Shown here one piece after another: positions 27,401 through 37,600 of a DNA stretch of 64,000 bases (position 1 is its first letter; the number at the start of each line of letters is the position of its first letter). Source of the stretch: a virus; the IMG/VR virus record IMGVR_UViG_3300006735_000013, positions 95,579 through 159,578 of that record; one strand, given 5' to 3'. A model generated the notes under the pieces. It saw only the letters and a program-made list of their open reading frames with translations, had not been told where the DNA came from and did no database searches. The translations under genes were made by a program, and so were the position numbers.

Positions 27401-27580
27401 TAGGGCATCGACTGCAAATGGATTTCGAGGTATTGGTGGAACTTCTGTAACTGCAGTCCTGACTTCTTCCTCCGGCACACAAACACCTTGCTCATTTCTG
27501 ACATACCCCTCTTGACAAGGATTCCTTCTTTCTTCTTGATCTGGTCTGACTTGATCTCTACATGGATTTCGAAGTGTCAT
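24431..27580 (-). CDS. Large virion protein with FN3-like domains
   Basis: 'GYKIEKYR...FIDSQV.PDRKYKYKI' and 'PNKYYYYCFRTYDDGGLSNP' FN3-like patterns. Confidence 0.6.
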   Translation of the reverse strand: MTLRNPCRDQVRPDQEERRNPCQEGYVRNEQGVCVPEEEVRTAVTEVPPIPRNPFAVDALLAPPGQNFDFGANEAEEQEEVPDAENAEEVVVPPAMIDYIAATRDLTTIDENNYFMRFPLAIFEEMFKMSNYYIWSQQKNTIQLNQSQMDNFRISMGNFWIFDGESESMYSPVITNPRIPEVQPAVDFMAPLDPYRAIQFQSQIIDPAYNFSYRKLPYNSGKYFSLEILPFKFRKNVIDTELRSANWPQDNTYNAFQDMFLEGSSSPGFAHIGPDFFSQNPLKRLQYSVPNISYNTEYYDFVFDSPAAFLETEADRLIVKPTDVANISVMVQSQEIFQDIEDEMEIPSVYDFYQSKQLEKIIDENEAISEVLPAGQVDFAQRTIRNFDELSNVNEFTSVNIHKFPSDKVEKLEEINEVIRGSLTNFVEISIKTRQGQPINSILQQNKMDLILLEMLENVAVEVDNPVAVRAAAPLQAPAVIRSRLGYRKFTKVLDDEFISADAEQSLQATINDKAVTNITEPVVLYFDEILENVANIAERDFSWPRNLQTYPLYYSGWDREDLLKLEETITSQIFLRKMEQHISTNQLYRHYTDIIHGSKAYAEVLGYKIEKYRVDVNEQGQEIDRKIQQFFLMDSDEIQDINFIDSQVIPDRKYKYKIFTINLVLGSVYQYTSEPNVTRYSWKNRATNELNAQGPAPNPGAFTVGAVTGMVPSIIYAPYFEKTVSLADKPPIFPQVDFLPYQGMDNVHALLLQSNYGEMFVPPVKIFPEDETYVRDMYRRQTIPPGGNILYKSDSLPNGFEIIRIDFEPEAYSDFSDADAIVLQVPATGKTAHVNLDILPNKYYYYCFRTYDDGGLSNPTSVFKVRMVSYQNGIFMEVEEYEMKKKKKEYKLSFEKMLKISPSFDQRVINFSKKLEEIKEREEAEEISELKRIRKELGLRDETSEKDFQRSAPLEEMLSLGTKEGKDSIWNKKYKIRCTSKTTGKKIDINISFVQGKVIIDTPIEKTAKDRNFPNRSTSAPSQVESLVPARPPNRNSNRGPNGGDRGY

Positions 27581-27595
27581 GGTGCTTCCTCATTA

Positions 27596-30500
27596 TTAGT
27601 ATTTGCCTCTACCTGCAGGCTTGCCTGCTTCTTGTTTGTTTATTCCCGGTGACGGGGTAGCTTTTTGAGACTCTGGTGTCTGAGTTTGCGAATTATCATT
27701 GAATTGCACATTGTTTACCAAAACCGCGTCTGCATACTGTGAATTACTTTTCTTATGTATGACTATTCCATAAGATACTTCTTCATCCAGAATTTCAAAG
27801 GAAGTAAAAGGGTCTACCTTTTCTTTCAGAGAGTCTTCGTAGGATTCTGATGAATTAGATCTTTCTGTTTTTGAATCCGTATTTGACATAACTTTGCTTT
27901 TGTAAGTTTCCTTTGTCTCTTCTCTTGAATTATTTAGTAGGTCATAGTTTGACATTGATTCTTTTACCACGCTATATAATCCTCCTAATGCTTTTTTTGA
28001 AAAAAACAAATCTTTATAATTTTTTTCAACTTCCTCCTCAAACATGGTCGAATTATCTGATTGAAGAATTGATGCTAAAATTGATTCCTGCACCTCTTTA
28101 CCTATGAATTTCTGGGCGCGCCCTTCCTTATCTGACTCTTTTTCTACCGGTTCTGTTGCTTCTGATACCAGAGATCTAAATGTGGTGTTTTTATAACTTG
28201 ATAACAAGTTATCTATTTTCTTGTATTCGTTTGAAATGTGCTCCTCCCCCTCAACACTAAGTGCTCCGCCAAACTTAGATTTATTTATAGCGGCTGATAC
28301 TTCTGCAAATGACTCATTATTCTTTTTAGAAGATAAACTATTATTTATGGTTGCTATTTGAGAAAAAGAAAAATTGATTCCAGACCTTGTAGATCTTGAA
28401 ATAGAATCTGCTCTATTGATCGCAAAGAAATGGGCGCCGGCGGTGATATTGCTGGCTAGGTTTGATGTTGGTAAATCAACAGACATGAAGACGGAATTTT
28501 TACTCACAGCTTTCGCAATTACGTTTGTTGAGCCATTAAGGTGAATAATACTCTTAGGTGTGCGCGAAGAGCTTGAAACTGGTTTTAGGTTGCTTCCCAA
28601 AGAAGTAACTTGTGAAATATCTATTCCGGTTTTTTTCAAAATACTTTCAAACCTGCTTTCAAGTTTTTTGCATAAAGATAAGAAAAATTCCAAAAATTGC
28701 AAGGTTGCATTTTGAGCTAATAGAGATTCTTTTATTTGCTGCTTTTGTGCCTCCGTAAAGGCAGGATTTGCAGTCAACAAAAAATAAGAATCAAAATAGG
28801 AGTTCACCACACTGTCGCTCCTACTTCTCAAAGCTGTGGACCTTCTTATAAACTCCGCAGTGAATCGGTCAGTTGAGTGATTGTAGTTCCCTAATGTCCT
28901 GGTTGTTTCTTGTGAGTTATCTAGAGTGCTACCGTTATAGTAAGAAGATTGCGCTACATCCAGATAGGGCCTACTGGCTTCTTGTACATAAGACTCATAT
29001 TCTTTTATGGACACCCTTAGTCTTTGCAGCGCGCGACGCATATATATAAGAATGCCGTCGCCAATTTTTAGATCTACTTTGTATTCATAGTTTCCAAAAG
29101 AATGCCTTTCAAATAAGTCATAATCTTTAAAGAAAAAAACTTTCCTAAGCGTACTTGGTGATGGCGAGCGCTCTGATATTTCACAAAAGTTATTTTCAGA
29201 TCTTAATATTACTGAGCCATCTCTAGTAGAACCTTGGTTCGGGCGCGCGGGACTAGTAGATGTTATCATTTTTTTTATAATCTCATCTTCTCCTAGAGAC
29301 TCATAATCCGGAGTAGACACAACGTTGTTACCTTTTGGTAGATTAGACACCCTTTCTCTAAGAATATCTATATTGTATATCTTGCTAAGATTTACAAACT
29401 CCCTTAGCAACTGCTGGCTTTTTTGTATCGTTGGGCGCGCTGAAGGGTTTGGGTTGTCTATGTTATTTACTGAGTGCCTTTCCGCTATATGGCCATATTC
29501 AGAATTATACCTCAAGAGGTTATTTAGATCTAGTGCAAACAAGTTTCCATGATATGGGCGGCCGCCTTGAATATTTATCCAAGATAAATCTTTTGGAGAT
29601 AAATTTGTAAAAGAGTGGACAATATTTAGTTTACCCTTTCTTAGAGAAGCAACAGAAAGATCTTTTAGTCTTTTGTTTTTTTCTCTATTTGAAATATTCG
29701 GTGAGGTTGATATTATTGTTCCGTATTGAGATCTCAGTGCCGACAGTATATTATCCCCTAACGACAACATTCCATAGTCTTCTGCTTCGAAGCTAGAGTC
29801 ATTCCCGAATCCATTATAAGAATTATTTTGTGTTAGCAATTCACCATTTGCGTTGAGTGCAACATCCGTTAGGACTTTTGCTACAACTTTATTATTTGGT
29901 ATCTCCCTAACCGACAAAGTTTCCCTATTCGACATGTCTCCTGCTGCAGGGCCGGCCATGTACCCAACATAACCATTTGGGCCGCGGCGGCCGTCTACAT
30001 CTGGATGATAATGCACTGGGCCACTGTACATGCGGCCGTCCGGCAAGGAAAACACTTTTCTCGTGCGGGGTACAACCATTCCGAAATTAGATTGGGCTGA
30101 TTTTATTAAGCACTTCTCTAAAACTAATTCGCCGCCGATCTGAGATAGGCCTGAATCCTTTGGGTGAATTCCGAAATCCTCTTGTAAGGCCTTGACATCA
30201 ATTTGTGCGAAAGCCATTATATTTACCTCATCTGGGCGTTGAGGACTTCTGCCAGGGCCGGATGGTGGTGGAAAAATATCTTCAGATAATTTTATTGATA
30301 TTTCAAAATAAACGTTATGACTATCAGATAAGGAACCCGGGGCGTCAATCACAGACTCTCGGTGCATTTGAGACAGCGGATCTTGGTTTGTAAAGTGTCC
30401 TTGCAAAATTTGATTTAGATTCACTTTCTCGTAACCATAGAGTCTGTAGATATTTTCGACCTCCTCTTGGCCGGAACGCGGTCCAAGGGCCCGTTCCCAC

Positions 30501-30766
30501 TGCTGTATTGGGGCCCGGGCTCCGGAAGACAGGTCTCTAACTCGAGTTCGAGGATAGTAAAATCTTGACATCACAGCTTTGCCTAATTTAGGTGCTGCAA
30601 TAAAATAAAAGTTTATATACTGGTATAGATCACTCGATCCAAACCACCCTGAATAATTTAGATTTGATGGCCTTTGCAGAGAGCATGACATCTTCATCTC
30701 TTCTAATGAAACCACAACCCTATTTATAGAAAATATTGGAAGCAAATCTAGATCAGATACTCTCAT
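27596..30766 (-). CDS. Large hypothetical protein in the tail/baseplate block
   Basis: 1056-aa ORF abutting its neighbours. Confidence 0.7.
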   Translation of the reverse strand: MRVSDLDLLPIFSINRVVVSLEEMKMSCSLQRPSNLNYSGWFGSSDLYQYINFYFIAAPKLGKAVMSRFYYPRTRVRDLSSGARAPIQQWERALGPRSGQEEVENIYRLYGYEKVNLNQILQGHFTNQDPLSQMHRESVIDAPGSLSDSHNVYFEISIKLSEDIFPPPSGPGRSPQRPDEVNIMAFAQIDVKALQEDFGIHPKDSGLSQIGGELVLEKCLIKSAQSNFGMVVPRTRKVFSLPDGRMYSGPVHYHPDVDGRRGPNGYVGYMAGPAAGDMSNRETLSVREIPNNKVVAKVLTDVALNANGELLTQNNSYNGFGNDSSFEAEDYGMLSLGDNILSALRSQYGTIISTSPNISNREKNKRLKDLSVASLRKGKLNIVHSFTNLSPKDLSWINIQGGRPYHGNLFALDLNNLLRYNSEYGHIAERHSVNNIDNPNPSARPTIQKSQQLLREFVNLSKIYNIDILRERVSNLPKGNNVVSTPDYESLGEDEIIKKMITSTSPARPNQGSTRDGSVILRSENNFCEISERSPSPSTLRKVFFFKDYDLFERHSFGNYEYKVDLKIGDGILIYMRRALQRLRVSIKEYESYVQEASRPYLDVAQSSYYNGSTLDNSQETTRTLGNYNHSTDRFTAEFIRRSTALRSRSDSVVNSYFDSYFLLTANPAFTEAQKQQIKESLLAQNATLQFLEFFLSLCKKLESRFESILKKTGIDISQVTSLGSNLKPVSSSSRTPKSIIHLNGSTNVIAKAVSKNSVFMSVDLPTSNLASNITAGAHFFAINRADSISRSTRSGINFSFSQIATINNSLSSKKNNESFAEVSAAINKSKFGGALSVEGEEHISNEYKKIDNLLSSYKNTTFRSLVSEATEPVEKESDKEGRAQKFIGKEVQESILASILQSDNSTMFEEEVEKNYKDLFFSKKALGGLYSVVKESMSNYDLLNNSREETKETYKSKVMSNTDSKTERSNSSESYEDSLKEKVDPFTSFEILDEEVSYGIVIHKKSNSQYADAVLVNNVQFNDNSQTQTPESQKATPSPGINKQEAGKPAGRGKY

Positions 30767-31588
30767 TTATTGCTTTCTCCGAAACCTTGAGTCCCTAATA
30801 TCAGAGACTGGCTTTTCTTCTACTTGTTCATCTACTTTTATCTCAAAAAACTTTTCTACCTCTTCTTCATCCAGCATTCTTACGAGTTTATCATCTTCAT
30901 CTATTTCAAAAATTTCTATTTCAAAATTTCTCAGATTATCTAAAACGCCTCTCTCCTCCAAGTCTATCACTATATCGTCTTTTTTTATTATTACTTTTGA
31001 CTTATCCAAAAACTCAACTTCATCGGCTACCAAGTCCATATAATATTGGTATTCTAGTATCTCTGGTGGTACTTCTTTTTGTTCTGATCGATCAATGAGC
31101 AGCCCATATGAAGATGTGAAATTTAGTTGTGGAATATTCAACAAGACACCTTTCGCATTGAGGGTATCGCTAGAGCTACTAAGAGAGTTTTTAATAACAT
31201 TTGCTGAAAAATTAGGATTTTCTTGTGAGTTTATTTTTGAGTTGTACAATGGGTATTTACAAATCTTGTCAGCTAACAAAGGATCCTGGTTTCTACTCAT
31301 TTGCATAAACGTAGTGATTGAGCCTGTTTCTATCATATCTTGCTGAAAGTCGTATCTCGTTTCGACGCCAGCAACCAAATATTGAGTTCTTATTCTTGGG
31401 CACTCGTCGACTCTTTGCGTTGCTCTGTTTTGTGTTTCGGTGAATCCCGCTTTTTCAGAATTGTACAAAATTCCATCATCAAAGAACCTATAATATGCTG
31501 GCTTGAATCCACCTCTAGCTAACAAGTTCTTACCAAACTGTGTAAGTTTTATGTCTATTACATCTTGTTTTTTATCAAAAAAAGCCAT
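30767..31588 (-). CDS. Baseplate/tail structural protein
   Basis: N-terminus 'IDIKLTQFGKNLLARGGFKPAYYRFFDDGILY' resembles that of 23251..24360. Confidence 0.6.
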   Translation of the reverse strand: MAFFDKKQDVIDIKLTQFGKNLLARGGFKPAYYRFFDDGILYNSEKAGFTETQNRATQRVDECPRIRTQYLVAGVETRYDFQQDMIETGSITTFMQMSRNQDPLLADKICKYPLYNSKINSQENPNFSANVIKNSLSSSSDTLNAKGVLLNIPQLNFTSSYGLLIDRSEQKEVPPEILEYQYYMDLVADEVEFLDKSKVIIKKDDIVIDLEERGVLDNLRNFEIEIFEIDEDDKLVRMLDEEEVEKFFEIKVDEQVEEKPVSDIRDSRFRRKQ

Positions 31589-31605
31589 TCTATTTTTCTC
31601 TTCTT

Positions 31606-34600
31606 CTATTGCTTTTTGAAGTTAAAGCTGTCAATTTTAGTCTCAAGTTTAATTAGCTCGACAAAAGAAAAGTAGTCATACGGCCAGTTATATTGTACGC
31701 TCATGGTACCATCTTGTTGCAAGCCGGCGGTTCCAGCGGGTAAAGTATCGTCAGTAAAAGACTCCTTACTGTTCTTCACATACTCAAGTTTCTCTACATT
31801 AGAAACTCTTGGATCTATTGACGCTTTTCTTATCTCTTCTAAGTTTGTCTTGCCTCTTTGTTTTACTTTAAAGACTAACCATCTAGTTTTATTTTTATCA
31901 CCAAAAGGTGAAAAAAGATCCCGTGGACTGTCGACAGGGCTTAGATTTTGACCAGAGACGTCAATTGTCTCTAAGTAATGGCTTACATACGATACATCGC
32001 CATGAACCCGTAGACGGCCGGGAACTCGCTTATTTGTCTGGGAGTATCTTGGAGATGCGGTGCTATTAGCTGATACTGGGTACATGTTTTGCCAAATATT
32101 TGCAAGATCTTGCCTGTCAAAAGAGGCATGAAACTGAAAAAAGTACATCATAAAAGGCTCCAAATCATGGTGCACCTGAAATTCTCTCGAAGTGTTTACG
32201 AAATCAAATTCTGGCGGGAGAATAAATTCCTCCATCATCAGTAACTGATACTCTATTGCATCTACTGGACAGTCACTTTGAGGTTCTTTTGTTTTTCTAT
32301 CTATTGTTTTTGTAAACCTTTGATAGTCTCTTATCGATTGTATCTCTTCTGAATCTGATAACGGCTTTGTCGCCATCTCTTGTTTCACTATTTGTATATT
32401 ATTGACGGCCTGATCATAAAACTGTTGATTAAATTTTACAAAGTCTACCTTATTATCTTCATCTTCTCTTATCACATAAGGTATTGCAACAATCGCCTCT
32501 TTTACGACTTTTTTATTTTCTACGCTACCAATACGTGATCTGTAGTTCTTAGCCTTTTTCAGCACTGCGGTAGACTGTTCTTCCTCTGCATTGAATCCTA
32601 GCTTAGATGCCAGCCCAGGGGAGCCGGCGGATCCGGTGACGTCTTCAACTCTTAAAAAATACCCCTTCTGTGAGTTAGGGTTTATAGCAGATCCATTTTG
32701 GTGCCACATACCCACAGAGCAAGTCAAAAAATTACCAATAGTAGCTGAGGCGTTTGAGCGACCTCTCTCATAGTAGCTATCCCAGTATTTCTCCTTCCAC
32801 GGTGAGCCACTGGTTTGTGTTACCTGACCTGTCGCTAAATCGATGGCGCTAGCTGTCACAAAACTAAAATCTAATACTGGTGTTTCCCACTTTGTTTGTA
32901 TTGCCCACCTTGAAAGCTTCTTGTTTTGGTTTATGTCAAACCGGTTTGCAGCCTTCCCTCTCTGCTTGGAATCCTCTATTGTTTCTACATTATCAGTCCT
33001 CAAACTAACACACAGGCCCAAATTTAAAGATGCGCTCAGGCTCATGGCATGCACATAGTTTGTATTCGTGCTTTTATTGGTTGGATCTTTATGAAAATTA
33101 TAATATTCAAATGTACTATCTTGAATAATATCTTTTGCTTCATACTTTTTAGTTTCGCTTGGAGTAAAACTTATCTCAACATATGGATCTGCGTTAGGAT
33201 CTAAGTATGGCGGCACATAAGGCATAAAGCCGTGCTCTGATTTAGAGGTTGAAACTGATGATGTCCAAAGACTAGCTGGTGGCTCTGTACCATTCGAGAA
33301 AGGGGTTGTAGGCGAGCTTGCGCTTATCAGAGTACCATTCCACTGATAAGTTACGCCTCCTTGCTTCCATGGCTCAAAGGACCAACGAAAGCTTGATCCG
33401 GTTGCACCGATATTATTCATCTCTAACTTAACTGTCGCGTCAGTCTTAGTTATTTGCCAAAGATAACCTACACCGCCTGTGCCCCCAGTTGCATTCAAGA
33501 CTGAGCCGCTCAGGTCTATAGAAGAACTAAACGCTGTTGCTAAGTTTTTCCCAACATCGATAGAAAATGAGCTCAGATCGACATACATCTGTTTAGCAGT
33601 AGACGCTAGCGTTGGAGTATAAGTTGCACTGTTGTAAAAAGTAATATCGCCGCCGCTCGATCCAGAAACTGAATTAACATTCCAAGATATACTTGGCAAA
33701 ACATTGTTTGCGTTTTCTGCGACTATACTTTTTATCTGAGCGGCGTCAGCTTCCCAGTCGCGGAAAGCAAACTCAACTGAGGCTCTTGTTCCCGGTGTGT
33801 TAGCGGTGTAGTTTGTGACCTGGACACCGTCGCCACTATCGTCTACTGGAGGGCCAAAGGCTGAGTGGCGATCATACATTGTCGTATCAACATTTGTGAC
33901 CCTGACTTTCATCTTATAAGTCGTTCCTGAAACAAATGTTTCATCTACAGGCTTTGACATAATTGTTGTGAGATGACCGTCTTCAACAAAAAAGTTTACT
34001 GATTCTGCTGCAAAGTTTTGCATGGCCAACGTATAAGGTAGCAATTGCCTAGAAAGGGCTTCCCTAGTATTGTTGAGTCTAAGTCCCAACCTCTGAGACA
34101 TGTCTGCATTGTTAAGGCCTCCAAAAGTTGTTGGCCTCTCAATAATTTTATGCCATTGATCGTTTCCGTATACCAAACTCGCGCTTGGGTGAGGCTCATT
34201 GTCATAGACTGTTTCTCCGTATAGATTGACAGGATTTAACATATCCTCAAATTCTACTCTAGATGTTGTGTAGCTCTTGATTCTAGGTATACCAGTATCG
34301 CCGTCGGCTGTATCATTTATTATAGAGCCTGTAAAATTTGATGTACTGCTAATGTTTAGAGACTTGAAGTCTTGAATTGCTACACCTAAAGATGCACTAG
34401 ATTCAAATTGTGTTATAACACTTGAATAGTCCGTAAAAAATATTGGATAGTCTACGGCCAGGCCGGCTTTGATGGAGTTGAAAAGTATACCAGGACCGAA
34501 CAAAGGCTTTGTAACTTGATATCTTGAAGCGTTTGCTCTAAGTTTTGCAAATCTATAGACTTGATTTGCTTTTAGATCTTGAGGGATTCTACCAATTCTA

Positions 34601-37600
34601 GCAGAATCTACAACTGAATCACTTAGATATAATTTGTTGAACAGTCTAGTGATTTCTGTGGCGCGCTCAGCTGGATAGAATCCCTCATATGGCAAAAATT
34701 TCATTGCAGCTTTGCACCTAAAATTTATTCTAGCATGCTGAATATTGTTTTTAGGGTCTTGAGGGTCCCCTGCTACCTCTTCATCATAAGTGGAAAAGTA
34801 TTTCAAGAATTCAGAATTGGAATAGCTTTTAAAGAATTGGCCGCCGACAGAAACATCTGCAGAAGACTGACTATTTGATGTGCCTGTCATAATTAAGAAG
34901 TCCGCTCCGATTGCTGGATATTCTCTCTCGCCTGATAAGATTTGCTCTGTAAATTCACTAATCCGGAATTCTGGTACTAGGGAGTGATCTTTTGACGTCT
35001 GTCTAATTTCCTCAGCATACTGATCATAAGAATCGTAGAACGGACCAAGGGTGGCGTCAGCTGCTTCCCATTTTGCCTCTCCTGCTAAGAATATTGTTTC
35101 CTCATTGACAAATTGTGGTATTCTTCTATTGTATACTGTTGAGAATGGCGGCGTGCCATAAAGATTGTTGTACCCTAAAGGAAAAGTACTGAAATCATTC
35201 TGTAAAATACCTTCTCCAGAGGATCCCTGGGCTACGTATGCATTCGGAAAGGCAGCAGTTCTTGAACTAAAAAGGCTTAAAAAGTTAGCTCCAAGATTGA
35301 AAAAAGAATTGTGAATATTTACTGGTTTTTTTGAAAAGTCCGTTCTCGCATCTAGCGGCCAAGTAGAAGAAGTTATATGACGATAAGACTCTAAATTATC
35401 TGCTCCGAAAGCACCAGCTGCTGATCCAGACTGAACAGTGCCTATGTTTATAATATCGTACTTTCCATAATGTGCTAGTCTGCTACTATCAGAATCTGTA
35501 TAGTCAACAGAGGTGGGGAAAGCTTTTAATCTCGCTGTGGTGACTAGATAATCTTTGCTGTAATTTACACTTCCAGAAAATAGTATGTCTCTTGCTGTCC
35601 TCAAAGAATCCCACGGATGGTAGTCAAACAACTCTCTTTTTCTTGTCTGACTTAGGAACATATTTTCTTCTCTAGGATAGATTGTTTCAGTATAGCAAAG
35701 CTCAACCTGCTTTCCTAGATCTAAATTATCTCCTTCGAGTTCTTCTGGTGAGGACACTGGGTTTTGTGATTCTAATGATGAAAATATGTTATCTGCAAAT
35801 GAAAAGAAACTGTGTTTCTTATCTAAAACGTGGCCCATATCTCTTAGTAACTCTTTATTTGAAAATGTTACAAAATCATTCTGTAAGGTTTCTGAACTTA
35901 TGAAAATAGAACTATTATCAATTCTTTTATCTCTGTAATATTGGTTTGTGGTAAACCAGTTTGATTCCCTATTATTTTGGTAAAGAAGTTGCCCCTCAAC
36001 GCTTGACGTAGTAAAGTACTGAGGCCTTCTAAAGTCTAGACCTGGTACCCATTCACCTGCTCTGTTTATCTGATCAGCTTCTCCTGGTCCGTGAATTACC
36101 ATTCTTATAGGAGAAAAATTTGTAGTAACGGGAGACTCTTTATAATTTTTTACTAGTCTAGACTTAGTCTGTGCAAGGACTAGTCTGTCATCACGGGCTC
36201 TTTCATACGCATCTGATAAGCCTCCTATTAGAGAGGCCCCAATGTTCATGCTTGGAGTTGTAACTGTAGTGGATATTGAGCCAGTTCCTACCAGGGGGAT
36301 ACCCAAGTAAACTCTGGATATTGTATTCGTCCTTCTATGTAAGCGCGCTATAGGATGTTGAGCGGTCCTTAGTTGTTTCCATGATGGCCAGCCATATGGA
36401 CCTTGCCTGTTCAAGATTGCAGAGTTTAGTGTTGCTGCTACGCCATGGCGTGTATCAGATTGGTTTAGCCAGGTTTCTTGCGTTTGCGAGTCGCCCGGGA
36501 CGACGAGGAGATCCGGACCATCAACAAAGTCCTGATTAATATAGTTGTTATCCGTGCTTATAGAGTTGAAAGTTATGGTGAGCGCGGAGCCTAGAGTGTT
36601 ACTTTGCGCATCTAATTGTTCATGAATATTTGTATTCAATCCAACGAAATCAACAGGAATAAAATCATCGAATGTAGTTGCAGAGACTACGCCATCTGCC
36701 GGTATGGGCGTCTCGACTCCAAAAGTTCGTCCGTATTTATGAGAAACTGTACCAGAGGATATCTCAGTATGCGCGCTTCCGTAGACACTTGCGCTAAGGA
36801 ACTGTATAGATTCACTGCTTTTGTAGTGGTTTGTTCCGGCGTTTTTGCCACCAGCGAACAATGCAGGAGCAGCCACGTTAGACAAATTGCTAGTTATTGT
36901 TGTGTTACCAGCGGTACCACCTGTTAGCTGCGTAAGAATGACCTGTATATTTGTGGCACTAACTGCATTGTATTCTGCTTTTATTTTTCCAAAATGGGCA
37001 CTTGGAAAACCGAGTTCTCTATCAATTTGATCTGCAAGACTCTGGGCACTAGTGGCGCCGGGTGAAAGTCCCGAAGTTGGTGCGCTAATTACTGTTGAAG
37101 ATGTTATTGATCCTGTTGACGCAAAATAAGTAACTTCTGTCCCATCAAAAGAAGTTAGGGTTATTTTCTCCCCATTAGATGGGGCAGTGTTAGCGTCTGT
37201 AAACGTTATGATTGCCGTAGCTGCAGTGGCGCCAAAAGGAATACTTGAAGATATTGCAAAATTATGCTGATGTCCGAAGCCTGCATTTTTCTTAACAAAA
37301 TCAAATTTAGTATTCATAGCACTTGCAGTTATCCAAGAATAACTAAAATCATTCTGTGGAATTGGATGCTGTACAAAAAAGTTATCTTGCTTTGTCTTTT
37401 GTGAGTATGTTCCCGTTACATAAAGGTTGTTTCTATTTGTCATGTGCACAGAAGCCTGTGTTGCAGACCCTGAACGATATCCGCGCTTTTCTGTCTTCTC
37501 TGAATGTAACTTATTTAGAGGGTCTCTTACTGAAAGATTTCTATAGTTTATTGTATTATATATCGAAAACTCTCCCGTCTCCTTATCCCTGCCATACGCT

